A DNA stretch of 64,000 nt from Candidatus Latescibacterota bacterium. GTDB lineage: Bacteria > Latescibacterota > UBA2968. Location of the stretch: the NCBI GenBank assembly GCA_965204375.1, contig OZ241986.1:3968001-4032000 (forward strand), read 5' to 3'. Under the pieces are notes generated by a model. The model made no database searches, was not told the origin of the DNA, and saw nothing but the letters and a program-made list of their open reading frames with translations. A program made the translations under genes and the position numbers. This document shows, piece after piece, positions 30,790-41,183 of the stretch (the stretch's first letter is position 1; every line of letters begins with the position of its first letter).

Positions 30790-31233
30790 CTATCCCGCAA
30801 GAATATTCTTCAGCGAATCAAAACCGCCTTGAAAGACCCCATTACCGACAAAATCGACAAGCTCATCTTCTTCATCTGCTGGACAGCCAAATTCCGCGGT
30901 CCACTGAATATACGTCCGATTGCCATCCGTAACAGGTGTCAAACTCAGCGTTGCCACATAGTCTTCAACCGACATAGGCGACTCGAGAATAGAATACGTA
31001 CACGTAAAAGTGACATCGCTCAACGTCAGCAACTGTTCGCGAATATTGCCGCCATCATTCAAATTAAAATTGCGAATACAGCCCACGCTATCGCTGGATT
31101 CACCACCTTCAATATGGCTATCTGCAACCGCGGGATGCCATTCGGGCAGCGCATTAAAATCGCGAATTTTTTCCCACACAGCATCCACTGATGCGTCGAG
31201 AACCGAACTGACAAATACATTGGCCTTAGCCAT
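30790..31233 (-). CDS. SRPBCC/polyketide cyclase-like (MxaD-like) protein
   Basis: VWEKIRDFNALPEWHP and IREQLL patterns. Confidence 0.85.
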   Translation of the reverse strand: MAKANVFVSSVLDASVDAVWEKIRDFNALPEWHPAVADSHIEGGESSDSVGCIRNFNLNDGGNIREQLLTLSDVTFTCTYSILESPMSVEDYVATLSLTPVTDGNRTYIQWTAEFGCPADEEDELVDFVGNGVFQGGFDSLKNILAG

Positions 31234-31290
31234 TTCATCTTCCTCCCTGTGTTATTGTTTAAATAGCGCAGCAAGTTGGTAGAATACAGT

Positions 31291-32388
31291 TTAAGATGCC
31301 ATCTCTCTCCATTCCAGACGGACTTTAAGTTCGTTCAATTGCCTCCAGGGAAGATGGCCTTCATATTGAAGCCTTCCGACGACGATACCCGGAGCAATAC
31401 CCTGTTCGTCAGCGAATGCACAAATCACCTCCTCTTCGCACGGACAACTTGCAACAAACCGCTCCCACGCGTGCTTCGGCACCAGCCTGTTTGTCGCCCA
31501 TTCATTCGCTTCGGCTTCAAGGTCTGCGATCTCATCCTGCTTCATGCCATCAATAAATACGCTCTTCTTGCTGTGGAGAAGAACATGTGCGGCCTCGTGG
31601 AACAGGCTGAACCACAAATGGTCGTCTGTCTTGTAGCGTGCGCTCAACTGGATTATAGCCTTCCGAGGGGAAAGCCACCGCGCTGCCCCGCTAAGGGCTG
31701 TTCTCGGCAGAGGCTTAATCAGAGCCAGGGCAACGCCAGCTTGATTGCAGAGTTGTTGCGCGTCGGATAGCCCTTTTTCTATCGGTACTCGCGTCAGTTT
31801 GCGAATCTCTTGCAACGCCTGTTTAAAACGCATCTCATTGTAGTCGGCGCAATCCTGTTGTCCAGCATCAAGCTCTCCGAGCCGGAGCCATGTTGCCAGC
31901 GCAATCTCGTCACTTTCAAAACTCGGCGAATGTCGATACGCCACATTCGCCAAACTATATTTCATGTGCCAGGCCTTAATCGAACCAACGCCGAAAAATG
32001 AGAGCAACCCAGACACAGACTCCACATCTGACTTTGACTTGCGAAGAACACCCCGTTTCACGAGTTCATTAACCGGAAATTGTTTCAACCACTCAGCAGA
32101 TTTTGCGGCTTCCTCCGCCTCGGATTCTCGGGCGCATTGAAGGCGATAGGCGGCCTCAATGCCAAGCCATAAGCTCGCATCAACGCCCAGTACTCTTTCA
32201 AACTGTAATGCCGTCGCTGGCTCAAGGGGAGCTTTCCCAGAGATGATCTCACTGATCAACTTCGGAGAGCGACCGCACCGCCGCGCAAACTCGGCCTGGG
32301 ATATACTATGCGCTTCCAAACGCTCCTCCAAAACCCAGCCCGGCGGAACCGCATAGTCTGGACGATACTCATTGGTCTCCACTGCCAT
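31291..32388 (-). CDS. higA: HigA-type XRE-HTH antitoxin fused to an ImmA/IrrE zinc peptidase domain
   Basis: AVPPGWVLEE HTH; FSLFHEAAH...EAEANEWA peptidase motif. Confidence 0.85.
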   Translation of the reverse strand: MAVETNEYRPDYAVPPGWVLEERLEAHSISQAEFARRCGRSPKLISEIISGKAPLEPATALQFERVLGVDASLWLGIEAAYRLQCARESEAEEAAKSAEWLKQFPVNELVKRGVLRKSKSDVESVSGLLSFFGVGSIKAWHMKYSLANVAYRHSPSFESDEIALATWLRLGELDAGQQDCADYNEMRFKQALQEIRKLTRVPIEKGLSDAQQLCNQAGVALALIKPLPRTALSGAARWLSPRKAIIQLSARYKTDDHLWFSLFHEAAHVLLHSKKSVFIDGMKQDEIADLEAEANEWATNRLVPKHAWERFVASCPCEEEVICAFADEQGIAPGIVVGRLQYEGHLPWRQLNELKVRLEWREMAS

Positions 32389-32402
32389 TTCTCGCTCCTT
32401 AT

Positions 32403-32738
32403 TCAGTGGTAGTCGATCACTTCAATGATCGTGATTGCACTCACTTTCTTTGCATCTATTCCTCCATCCTCCTTACGTGGTATGGGATTGTGATCAGGCT
32501 CAAAAATTAGCCGATAGGGATAAACAAGATTAACAGCATATTGCTCGTCGCGATCTCCTCGAAGCTGGTGACGCCGATCTGGTGGAGTCGTGGGCACTTG
32601 CTCTAATGTCTCGGCGGCCTTTAGCGTAGCGAGGCGGATCATAATCACCTTTGCCATACGAGGGCCATACACCCTTTGGAGTAAGCGAGCGGAGTTAAAC
32701 GTTCTCGCGATCTTACTTGTTCGAAAGGTGATGTCCAA
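32403..32738 (-). CDS. higB: HigB/RelE-family toxin
   Basis: RRHQLRGDRDEQYAVNL..PYRLIF..IEVIDYH pattern; lies upstream of the antitoxin. Confidence 0.85.
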   Translation of the reverse strand: MDITFRTSKIARTFNSARLLQRVYGPRMAKVIMIRLATLKAAETLEQVPTTPPDRRHQLRGDRDEQYAVNLVYPYRLIFEPDHNPIPRKEDGGIDAKKVSAITIIEVIDYH

Positions 32739-32950
32739 TACCCCGGCTCCTATTAATAATTTTTTTCGTTACCTTATAGGTAATATATTATCAGATTTTA
32801 TTCAGGGAGGCAAGAATAATCTGGTAGCAATAGTATCGCTGTCTGGCGGTCAGCGTGAAAAGCCTCTTTGCCAGACCATATTAACCTGCTATATTCCTGA
32901 ACCTACTATTCATCACCAGATCAATGACGTCTCATTTTTCGGAGGTTAGT

Positions 32951-34000
32951 ATGGAGCTATTAAAAGAATTGTGTGAATGTTCGGGAGTGCCTGGGCGCGA
33001 AGAGCGATTGCGCGAAATCGTGCGGAGAGAACTGGAGCCTATCGCAGATGAACTTCGCGTAGATGGGATGGGCAACTTGATAATCAAAAAGAACGCAAGC
33101 GCGGGCGAGAACCCAAAAAAACTGATGCTGGCCGCGCACATGGACGAAATAGGCTTTGTCGTATCCCACATCGACAAACAGGGCCTCTTGCGCCTCGTAC
33201 CTCTGGGCGGGCATGATCCCCGCAACATGGTCGCACAGCGCGTCACCGTCGCCGGCACCGAAAAAGATCACACCGGCCTGTTGTATCCCGGCGTAAAACC
33301 CCCGCATATCCAGACAGAAGCCGACCGAAACAAAAAACTGGACATCAGCGACTTTGTCGTAGATCTCTACATGTCAGCCGACGACGTCAAAGAAGAAATC
33401 GAAATCGGCGCAATGGTAACACTACAACGCGACTTTGTCGAAATAGGCAACGGCGTAAGTTGTAAAGCCATGGACAATCGGATCGCCGTATATGTCATGA
33501 TCGAAGCCGTAAAACGGGCCGAATCCTTCGCCTTTGAAACATATCCCGTAGCCACAGTACAGGAAGAAATTGGCCTGCGAGGCGCAACCGCGAGTGCCTT
33601 TGGCGTGAACCCAGACGTGGGCGTAGCACTGGACATCACACTGGCAGCCGACATACCGGGCATTCCAGAGCATGAACAGGTCACGCGCCTGGGAGAAGGT
33701 GCTGCAATTAAAATTCAGGATTCCAGCTCAATTTCACACCCGGGATTAGTCGCACACATGAAAACCCTCGCAAAAGAGCGCGACATCAAATACCAGATGG
33801 AAATACTGCCCCGGGGCGGCACAGACGCAGGTGGAATACAGCGGATTCGAGCTGGAGTACCCGTAATCACCCTGTCCATCCCCACGCGGTATGTACACAC
33901 ATCAATTGAATTGGCCGACAAAGACGACATCGAAGCCACGATTCAACTATTGGCCGCCTTCCTCGAAGAAGGCCACCGCACGGACTGGGACATGGTGTGA
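32951..34000 (+). CDS. M42-family aminopeptidase
   Basis: AHMDEIG, KAMDNR, QEEIGLRGA, GGTDA and RYVH motifs. Confidence 0.92.
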   Translation: MELLKELCECSGVPGREERLREIVRRELEPIADELRVDGMGNLIIKKNASAGENPKKLMLAAHMDEIGFVVSHIDKQGLLRLVPLGGHDPRNMVAQRVTVAGTEKDHTGLLYPGVKPPHIQTEADRNKKLDISDFVVDLYMSADDVKEEIEIGAMVTLQRDFVEIGNGVSCKAMDNRIAVYVMIEAVKRAESFAFETYPVATVQEEIGLRGATASAFGVNPDVGVALDITLAADIPGIPEHEQVTRLGEGAAIKIQDSSSISHPGLVAHMKTLAKERDIKYQMEILPRGGTDAGGIQRIRAGVPVITLSIPTRYVHTSIELADKDDIEATIQLLAAFLEEGHRTDWDMV

Positions 34001-34004
34001 TTCG

Positions 34005-34952
34005 TCACCTCTGTTCCTCATGAAAGAGAAACGAAAGCAACGTGAAACGCCGCCCCCTGGTCACTGGCTGGACCTCGTGGAGAAAAGAACTGGAAAACGC
34101 GATAGCATCGCCTGCAGGCGGGCGATAGCGGTGGGGACCAAACTCGGGAAAAACGAGATGCCCGCCCGTATAATCGTCATTGAGATTAAGCGTAAGCGCA
34201 AAGCGGCGGTGGGCGGTTGAGGGACTGAGATTATCGCGGTGAGCGCGAAAAAAACCCCCACTATCCGCGTCATAACACGCAATTTTAAAGCCCTCAAACC
34301 GCGTCGCCCGGTAGTGGAAAGCGCGTTGCACCTCGGGCATAACCCGGCGCCCCACCGTAGAAGTAAGCAAACGCAAAAGGCGGGCATCGGTAACCTCGTG
34401 ATCTCGCCGCTTTTTGTTCTCGTAGTCAATAACATCGCGCCGAACGCCAGATTGGGAACTTTCAACCCCGGTTTCCGTATTCCCCTGTGTCGCCCATACA
34501 TTGATGAGTGCCTGGCAGACATCCGAAGTCAGAACATTGGGAATAAGAAGAACCGGCGCCTGGACATCGACATCAAGAGCCAGATGAGAAGGCAGGCTCT
34601 CAAACGCGCGATAAATCTGATCAAAAGCCTGCGGATCCTGAATACCCGACAGAACGCGCAGATTGGCATCCAGCGCAAACGCGGCAAAATCTCCCTCGAG
34701 ACCATAAGCTTTGCCAACCGCGTTTTCACCATCAATAAATACAGTGACATTGGCCTTCGCGAACTTCAATGGACCAATAACAAAAACATCTACCTCTTCC
34801 GAAACCTCCAAACCTTCTAAAACCTGTCCTCCCCCGGTAAAAACCAAAAGCGTCGGACGACCACCTGCGCGGGAATAAAAGCGCGTTTGAGGACCGTCCA
34901 TTATCGGAAGAACAAAGTCGGGAGCGCGTTCGCCCCGGTTGAGGATACTCAT
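34005..34952 (-). CDS. Redoxin-like domain fused to a 2OG-Fe(II) oxygenase
   Basis: GERAPDF N-terminus; HRDN, LNLNDDYTGG and LHEVQPVTRGRR motifs. Confidence 0.85.
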   Translation of the reverse strand: MSILNRGERAPDFVLPIMDGPQTRFYSRAGGRPTLLVFTGGGQVLEGLEVSEEVDVFVIGPLKFAKANVTVFIDGENAVGKAYGLEGDFAAFALDANLRVLSGIQDPQAFDQIYRAFESLPSHLALDVDVQAPVLLIPNVLTSDVCQALINVWATQGNTETGVESSQSGVRRDVIDYENKKRRDHEVTDARLLRLLTSTVGRRVMPEVQRAFHYRATRFEGFKIACYDADSGGFFRAHRDNLSPSTAHRRFALTLNLNDDYTGGHLVFPEFGPHRYRPPAGDAIAFSSSFLHEVQPVTRGRRFTLLSFLFHEEQR

Positions 34953-34974
34953 GGTGAGCCTCTTAGCATTAGAC

Positions 34975-36900
34975 ATGAACCATCATTCACGTTGCTTTTA
35001 CCTATTCTTCTTCTTACTCGGATGCCTCGCTCCCGACCCCGGCCAGAACATACCCACCCAAGCCACATCCAGCGCTCAAAAACAAGCGCCCCAAACCCGT
35101 GCCCCCCTCAAAATTGATCCCGCCATACTCCAGAACCGCACCTTTAACGAAGCCCCCATGTTCACCGAACAGGTCAAACAGGGCAAACTTCCACCCGTCT
35201 CTGAGCGCCTGCCCGAAAATCCCCTCGTCATCGTGCCCATTGAAGAAATCGGAATATACGGCGGCACGCTGAGACGCGCCCTCACCGGCGACATCGTACA
35301 AACCCCGGGACCCAACAAAACCCTCAACGAAAACCTGATGGGCTATGAACGCCCCTTTCCAAACAGCATCCAATACAACCTGGCGGAGCACTTCACCTAT
35401 GAGGACAGCGGCAAAGTCGCAATTTTCAAAATCCGCAAAGGCGTCAAATGGTCCGACGGCCACCCATTCACCGTTGACGACATCCTCTTCTGGTATTACG
35501 ACATGACCTTTGACGACAACGCCCGTCAAAACCCCTTTCCACCAGCGGGATGGATGGTAGATGGCAAACCCATGAAGTTCAAAAAAATCGATCTCCACAC
35601 CCTTGAAATCTCCTCGCCCAAACCCCTGGGTCGCGTACTCCACGAACTCAGCCGCGCCCTGATCGCCGCGCCAAAACACATCCTATCGCCCCTGCACCCC
35701 AAATACAACCCCAAAACCGATTACAACGCCTTTCGCGAAGCCACGACCAGAGCGCAACTACTCCTGCAGCCCAGCATCCCCCGCATCTCCGCCTGGATCC
35801 CCGTCGAATGGATCCGGGGTCAGCGCATCGTCTATGAACGCAACCCCTACTACTGGAAAGTAGATACAGCAGGCAATCAACTCCCTTATGCCGACCGCAT
35901 CATCTTCAACGTCATCCAGGATCCCCAGGTCATTCTGCTAAAATTCATCAACAGCGAACTCGACCTGATCGGGCGTTATACCCGCATCGACATGTTCCCC
36001 ACCCTCAAAGTAAAAGAGAAAACCGGGAAATTCAATCTCCGACTCACCGGACCCAACAGAGGTCCGGCCTACCACCTCAACTGGGACGCGCCCAACCCCG
36101 CCTTGCGAAAAGCTTTTCGCAACAAAAACGTCCGCATCGCGCTCTCCCACGCTATAAACCGCGAAGAAATTGACGAAATAGTCTTCCACGGCCTCCTCGA
36201 CCCCTCGGGCTATTCCTTTGGACCTATAAGCCCTTATTTTTCTCCAAAAGCCTATAAAAGATACGCCGAATACGACCCCGATAAAGCCAGACGCCTCCTC
36301 GACAGCGAAGGCTATATCGACACTGATGGCGACGGCATCCGCGAATTCCGAAACGGCTCCCGCTTTGAACTCACCATCGACTTCGTACACCCCGGCGGCA
36401 TGTTCAACGGCCAACCCGTCTCCGAACTGGTAGCCGACCACTGGCGAGCCGTGGGGATCAAAGTCAATCTCAACGGCGGCCTGCGCGACATCATCGTCCC
36501 TCGCCGATACAACTGCGAATACGACGTCCACTACTGGGGCCTCGAAGGACCCAACGCCCCCTTAACCTATCCCATTGGCTGGGCTATCCTGGCTAAAAAC
36601 GTACCCTACTGGCATCAGAAAGCTTGGGACGAAGGTCCCCCCTGGCTGCGCGAAGCCACCCAATACGTCCGATTGGCGATGACCACCGTCGATACGGCAA
36701 AACTCCGCACATACATGACCCGCGTGCGCGACCTCCACACGGAAAACGTCCCCATCATCACCATCGGCTCTGCGTACCACGTTTGGGGAGCCAGCAGTCG
36801 CCTGGGCAATGTCCCATATCAAAACGTGGCCGACAACGCCTTTCTGGGCTGGAGCCGGCCAGTGTTTCACGAGCAGATATTTGTGAAAAGTGGTCAATGA
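34975..36900 (+). CDS. ABC transporter family-5 substrate-binding lipoprotein
   Basis: LLGC lipobox; LPPVSERLPENP, KWSDGHPFT and NPYYWKVD..GNQLPY motifs. Confidence 0.88.
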   Translation: MNHHSRCFYLFFFLLGCLAPDPGQNIPTQATSSAQKQAPQTRAPLKIDPAILQNRTFNEAPMFTEQVKQGKLPPVSERLPENPLVIVPIEEIGIYGGTLRRALTGDIVQTPGPNKTLNENLMGYERPFPNSIQYNLAEHFTYEDSGKVAIFKIRKGVKWSDGHPFTVDDILFWYYDMTFDDNARQNPFPPAGWMVDGKPMKFKKIDLHTLEISSPKPLGRVLHELSRALIAAPKHILSPLHPKYNPKTDYNAFREATTRAQLLLQPSIPRISAWIPVEWIRGQRIVYERNPYYWKVDTAGNQLPYADRIIFNVIQDPQVILLKFINSELDLIGRYTRIDMFPTLKVKEKTGKFNLRLTGPNRGPAYHLNWDAPNPALRKAFRNKNVRIALSHAINREEIDEIVFHGLLDPSGYSFGPISPYFSPKAYKRYAEYDPDKARRLLDSEGYIDTDGDGIREFRNGSRFELTIDFVHPGGMFNGQPVSELVADHWRAVGIKVNLNGGLRDIIVPRRYNCEYDVHYWGLEGPNAPLTYPIGWAILAKNVPYWHQKAWDEGPPWLREATQYVRLAMTTVDTAKLRTYMTRVRDLHTENVPIITIGSAYHVWGASSRLGNVPYQNVADNAFLGWSRPVFHEQIFVKSGQ

Positions 36901-37725
36901 TTACAAAAAAGACCTCAGAAAATTCGCCGACCGAATTGCGGCTTCATCGGGAGGCAGATCTCCGCCAAAGGCGTGATGCAGCGTCACGTAGCCGCGGTAA
37001 TTGATACCGTGCAGCCCATCAAAAACCTCTTGAAAATCTATCCCACCAGATTCATCCAGCGGTCGCAAAGTGGAATAAACTGTACCGCGCACATAGGTGG
37101 TCATCGGCATATCGCCATCGGGATCCGGAACGTGATTTTGCAAATAAACGTTAAAGAGATAGGGAGCAAAGCGTTTGAGGGTCTCGGGCCCATAGTCTTC
37201 ACCGCACAGAGCCAAATTTGCAGGCTCGTAAATAATCCCAAAATTTGGTCGGTCAATACTCTGAAGTGCCTCAATCGATCCCTTCACCGTCTCAAAAAGA
37301 CTCTGGGTATGCGATTGATGTGCCAGGCGTATATCTCGCTCGGCTGCTTCATCTGCTGCGCGCCGGGCATGCGCGATATCTGCATCGGTCTTGATACAGA
37401 TGCGCAGTAAATCGCAGCCAAGCGCGTCTGCCAGATCGAGATGCGGGGTAATATTCCGCAAACTCTCCGGTCCGTCCGCACCATTTTCAGGTATGGCAAA
37501 ATCGCCGGTTGCCATTGAAACCGCGAGATTGTGTCTCTTCAAAATACGTTGCACTTCAACAATGCGTTCGGGCGGACTGTGCGTACCCACGCCCGAAGCA
37601 CGCATACAAAGTGCTTTATAACCCGCGCTTTCGGCAATCTCCGCGAGATCGGGCAGAGCGATAGTCAAATTGCGCTTATTGCGAAAACTTTCGGCCACGC
37701 GAACAGAGAGAGAAAGTTGCATTGC
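36901..37725 (-). CDS. Sugar phosphate isomerase/epimerase (xylose-isomerase-like TIM barrel)
   Basis: IDRPNFGIIYEPANL and YRGYVT patterns. Confidence 0.75.
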   Translation of the reverse strand, partial: AMQLSLSVRVAESFRNKRNLTIALPDLAEIAESAGYKALCMRASGVGTHSPPERIVEVQRILKRHNLAVSMATGDFAIPENGADGPESLRNITPHLDLADALGCDLLRICIKTDADIAHARRAADEAAERDIRLAHQSHTQSLFETVKGSIEALQSIDRPNFGIIYEPANLALCGEDYGPETLKRFAPYLFNVYLQNHVPDPDGDMPMTTYVRGTVYSTLRPLDESGGIDFQEVFDGLHGINYRGYVTLHHAFGGDLPPDEAAIRSANFLRSFL

Positions 37726-37919
37726 AATCTCCATTGGAAGTGTGAAGGAGGAAGTGTGAAGGAGAAAATAAGATGAGGCACCGGCTTTAGGGTGGTGTTG
37801 GGTGGCCTTCTAACTTCTAACTTCTTACTTTTCTTGGTAGAAAATCAACTTGCATCAGATAAATTTTTAACTATTCTTACAGCTACACATATTTTTCACT
37901 GCGATGGAAGGCGGATGTC

Positions 37920-38576
37920 ATGATTGAAATGCGGGTTGTGGATATACGTCAAGATCAGTCAGAACAGAACGTAGTGTGGCTGCAAAGTGTTGAGGGCAGT
38001 GTGATGGTGCCCATTGAAATTGGTCATATCGAATATCGGTCTATCCGTTCAGAACTCGCAGGTAAATCTATGCCGCGACCTCTTGCGTATGATTTGATGT
38101 ATGCAATGCTGGCACATTTTGATGCCGAAGTTGAAAAGGTGCAGATTGTCGATTTAAAAGATCAGATTTTTTACGCCGAACTCATCCTCTTTGCTCGAGG
38201 AGAGCAAGTGCGTTTAGACGCCCGCCCCAGTGATAGCATCGTACTCGCACTCAAATTTGGTGCGCCTATCTATATGGATGCCAAAATCATTCAACAAGTG
38301 GGATTCAAAGTCCGCCGCACCGAATACGGTTATGAGCTTGAGCAGCTAAATCCACCCCAGGAACAGGACATACCTGAAGAACCCGTCTTAGACATCGCGC
38401 AGACAGCCGAACAGCCAATACAAGGTGTTGATTCGCAGGGACGAGATATGGATCCTGATGAATTGCTGGAAGTTTTGAAAGAGCAAATGAATAAAGCTGT
38501 TAAAGAAGAGCGCTACGAAGACGCGGGAATAATTCGAGATGAGATTGAGCGGATAGAAGAAAAAAGTGAGAAGTGA
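37920..38576 (+). CDS. Bifunctional nuclease (DUF151) with C-terminal UVR domain
   Basis: PRPLAYDL, DARPSDS and AVKEERYEDAGIIRDEI motifs. Confidence 0.88.
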   Translation: MIEMRVVDIRQDQSEQNVVWLQSVEGSVMVPIEIGHIEYRSIRSELAGKSMPRPLAYDLMYAMLAHFDAEVEKVQIVDLKDQIFYAELILFARGEQVRLDARPSDSIVLALKFGAPIYMDAKIIQQVGFKVRRTEYGYELEQLNPPQEQDIPEEPVLDIAQTAEQPIQGVDSQGRDMDPDELLEVLKEQMNKAVKEERYEDAGIIRDEIERIEEKSEK

Positions 38577-38648
38577 GAAGGGTGAAGTGAGAAGTCCACC
38601 CAACCCCTTTCGTCTCACGTTTTACGTTTCACCTGCCTTTCACACTTC

Positions 38649-39422
38649 CTACTTCACACTTCCTACTTCAAACACAGTGCTATGCGCTTCGACATGGCCG
38701 ATATTCTCGTCGATTTCGCTGCGGCTCATCATCCCAACAGTAATCGCGTCAATCGCTGGAATATCGAGAACATAGTGAATCGCATCGCGTGCGGGCAGGT
38801 CGCCGCGACCCACGACTTTCATCCCATAAACGCCGATATCATTGTCATCCATCTCTTCCAGAATGGGAACAACGCGTTCGGGTGGCCCATCCATATTCTT
38901 CCCTGCATAGTTAATCCGCGCCAAAACAACATCCACCCATGGGGTGATAGCCGCTTGCTGGAAGGCATCAATATCGTGACAGGAAACACCGTGTGCGCGA
39001 ATGATGCCTTTTTGCTTTCTATCGGCGAGAACATCCATAACCCCGCGATAGGAACTGGGCCAGTCTTCATCTGTCAGACAATGCATAAGAACAATATCGA
39101 TATAATCCGTATCTAACTCGCTCAAAATGCGATCCATATCGCGCTCTGCCTCATTGGCTGTAGTAGCGCGGATCTTGGATGTAATAACAACCCGCTCGCG
39201 ATCAATATGCTCCAATGCCCCTGCGAGATGGGCATGACTGCCATATTGATCGGCACTATCCCAAAATGTAATACCCCGTTCAAAGCCATAGATGAGCAAA
39301 TCAGTGAGCGCCTGCGTCCCCAGATCCGTCTGATTGGAACGCCCGCCCCAGCCATTGGTACCCGTACCAAAACTGAGTTGAGAGACCAATATACCGGTGG
39401 TGCCGAGTTCGACGGTTTTCAC
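38649..39422 (-). CDS. Aldo/keto reductase
   Basis: LSFGT, FWDSADQYG, DYIDIVLMH and GVSCH motifs. Confidence 0.88.
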   Translation of the reverse strand: MKTVELGTTGILVSQLSFGTGTNGWGGRSNQTDLGTQALTDLLIYGFERGITFWDSADQYGSHAHLAGALEHIDRERVVITSKIRATTANEAERDMDRILSELDTDYIDIVLMHCLTDEDWPSSYRGVMDVLADRKQKGIIRAHGVSCHDIDAFQQAAITPWVDVVLARINYAGKNMDGPPERVVPILEEMDDNDIGVYGMKVVGRGDLPARDAIHYVLDIPAIDAITVGMMSRSEIDENIGHVEAHSTVFEVGSVK

Positions 39423-39546
39423 GGTAAACTCCTTTCCCTTCTTTTGTATTTTTTATTTCAACATTTTTTTATATTAACGCACCATTCTGCATCCGTCAAT
39501 GGAATTTGGTCCCCTCTCCTCTGAGGGAGTAAGGAATATTACCGTC

Positions 39547-40587
39547 ATGAGACTCGGGCTTATTGGATTGCCGCAGGTCGGCAAAAAAACGCTATTCCGC
39601 TTACTAACCGGGCATACAGGTGAAATGGGACAGGCAAAAGTGCGGGATGAGCGGTTTGAGCGGCTGGTAGAAATGTACAAACCCAAACGCGAAGTACCTG
39701 CGGAAATGGCATTTGTGCTATTACCCGACTTGGACACACAGACCGAACGCAACATACCTGTTTTGCAAGATCTCGAGCGGGTAGATGTAATCTGCTTCCT
39801 CACCCGGGTATTCGAAAACGACACCGTCTTTCACATCGCGGGCGACGTAGATGCCAAACGCGACATACGGGCTTTTTGGGAAGAACTATTGCTCGCCGAC
39901 CTGATCTTTGTAGAAAAGCGACTGGAGCGAATAGCACAAGACCGGCACACAAAAGACAGACTGCGAATAGAGCAAGAAAAAGACTTAATGACGCGCATGC
40001 AGACGCACCTGGAAGCAGGGAAACCCCTGCGCCAGTTTCCCCTGACCTCGGACGAAGTAAAACTGACATCCAGCTATCCCTTCTTAACCACCAAAGCCGT
40101 AATCGTAGTCCTGAACACAGACGAAGATCAAATCGGCGACGATGCGATCATACATGAAATAGCCACTGATTTTACCGACTGTGGTTTTGAATGGATTGCA
40201 ATATCCGCACAAATCGAAGAAGAAATCTCCCTGCTCGACGACGAAACACGCGAGGAATTTCTCGCTGATTTAGGAATTGAACAACCCGCACTGGATCGGC
40301 TCACCTTATTGTGCTACAAAACCCTGGGCTTGATCTCATTCTTCACAGTCGTCAACGACGAAGTACACGCCTGGGCGATTCCAAAAGGCACCCTATCACC
40401 GCAAGCGGGCGGCGCGGTTCACGGAGACATCGAACGGGGATTCATCCGGGCCGAAGTCATGCGCTACGAAGACTTAATCGCATTTGGAGACGAGCAAAAA
40501 ATAAAAGCAGCCGGTAAGCTCATGGTCAAAGGAAAAGACGCAGAGATTTTTGATGGCGATGTGATACACTTCTTGTTCAAAGTTTAA
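39547..40587 (+). CDS. ychF: YchF-like ATPase (atypical P-loop)
   Basis: GLPQVGKKT, LISFFT, GFIRAEV and DGDVIHF (TGS) motifs. Confidence 0.8.
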   Translation: MRLGLIGLPQVGKKTLFRLLTGHTGEMGQAKVRDERFERLVEMYKPKREVPAEMAFVLLPDLDTQTERNIPVLQDLERVDVICFLTRVFENDTVFHIAGDVDAKRDIRAFWEELLLADLIFVEKRLERIAQDRHTKDRLRIEQEKDLMTRMQTHLEAGKPLRQFPLTSDEVKLTSSYPFLTTKAVIVVLNTDEDQIGDDAIIHEIATDFTDCGFEWIAISAQIEEEISLLDDETREEFLADLGIEQPALDRLTLLCYKTLGLISFFTVVNDEVHAWAIPKGTLSPQAGGAVHGDIERGFIRAEVMRYEDLIAFGDEQKIKAAGKLMVKGKDAEIFDGDVIHFLFKV

Positions 40588-40658
40588 TTTGTGTTTGTAC
40601 CAAATTTATGGGATATTATTGGTGTGTAAATACTACTTGATCCTCAGCAGGAAAAATA

Positions 40659-41174
40659 ATGACCGGAAAATGGAGCAATTTGATTGACTTGCGCTTTCTT
40701 CTAACTTGTTTGTTTTCTATAGGGTTACCTTTAATCTTATGGATTCTTTCTCCCAATGACAGCATATCCCTAAAATGGGCCTTGGCCGTGTTGGCTCTTT
40801 TGTTGATACTTTTAGTATTTTCAGGTCGGATAGCTTACCAATATTACCAAAGGGCGCAAAATATATTGCCAAAATTGATCCGAATAGTACCTGACAATAT
40901 GGGAGTAATTTGTCTTTTTGAGCCATCAGAACTCTATTCTCATAATGCCCTCGTTTCCTTGTTTTTTAATGATGAAGATTACGAAAGACTAATTGGCTTG
41001 GGATATGTCTTCAATGTGCAAGACGACAAAAACATCCAAATTTTGATAACCCAGTGGATACCTGGGCAAGAAGAAATCAAGGATAAATTAGAAGCTAACA
41101 ATGCACAAGTTTTGGAAAAGATAATAGCCAAACCCAATGTCAATCGGTTATACTTTGAGATTTTGGGAGAATAG
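40659..41174 (+). CDS. Hypothetical protein with two N-terminal TM helices
   Basis: AT-rich ORF with RBS AGGA. Confidence 0.7.
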   Translation: MTGKWSNLIDLRFLLTCLFSIGLPLILWILSPNDSISLKWALAVLALLLILLVFSGRIAYQYYQRAQNILPKLIRIVPDNMGVICLFEPSELYSHNALVSLFFNDEDYERLIGLGYVFNVQDDKNIQILITQWIPGQEEIKDKLEANNAQVLEKIIAKPNVNRLYFEILGE

Positions 41175-41183
41175 GAGGCACTC

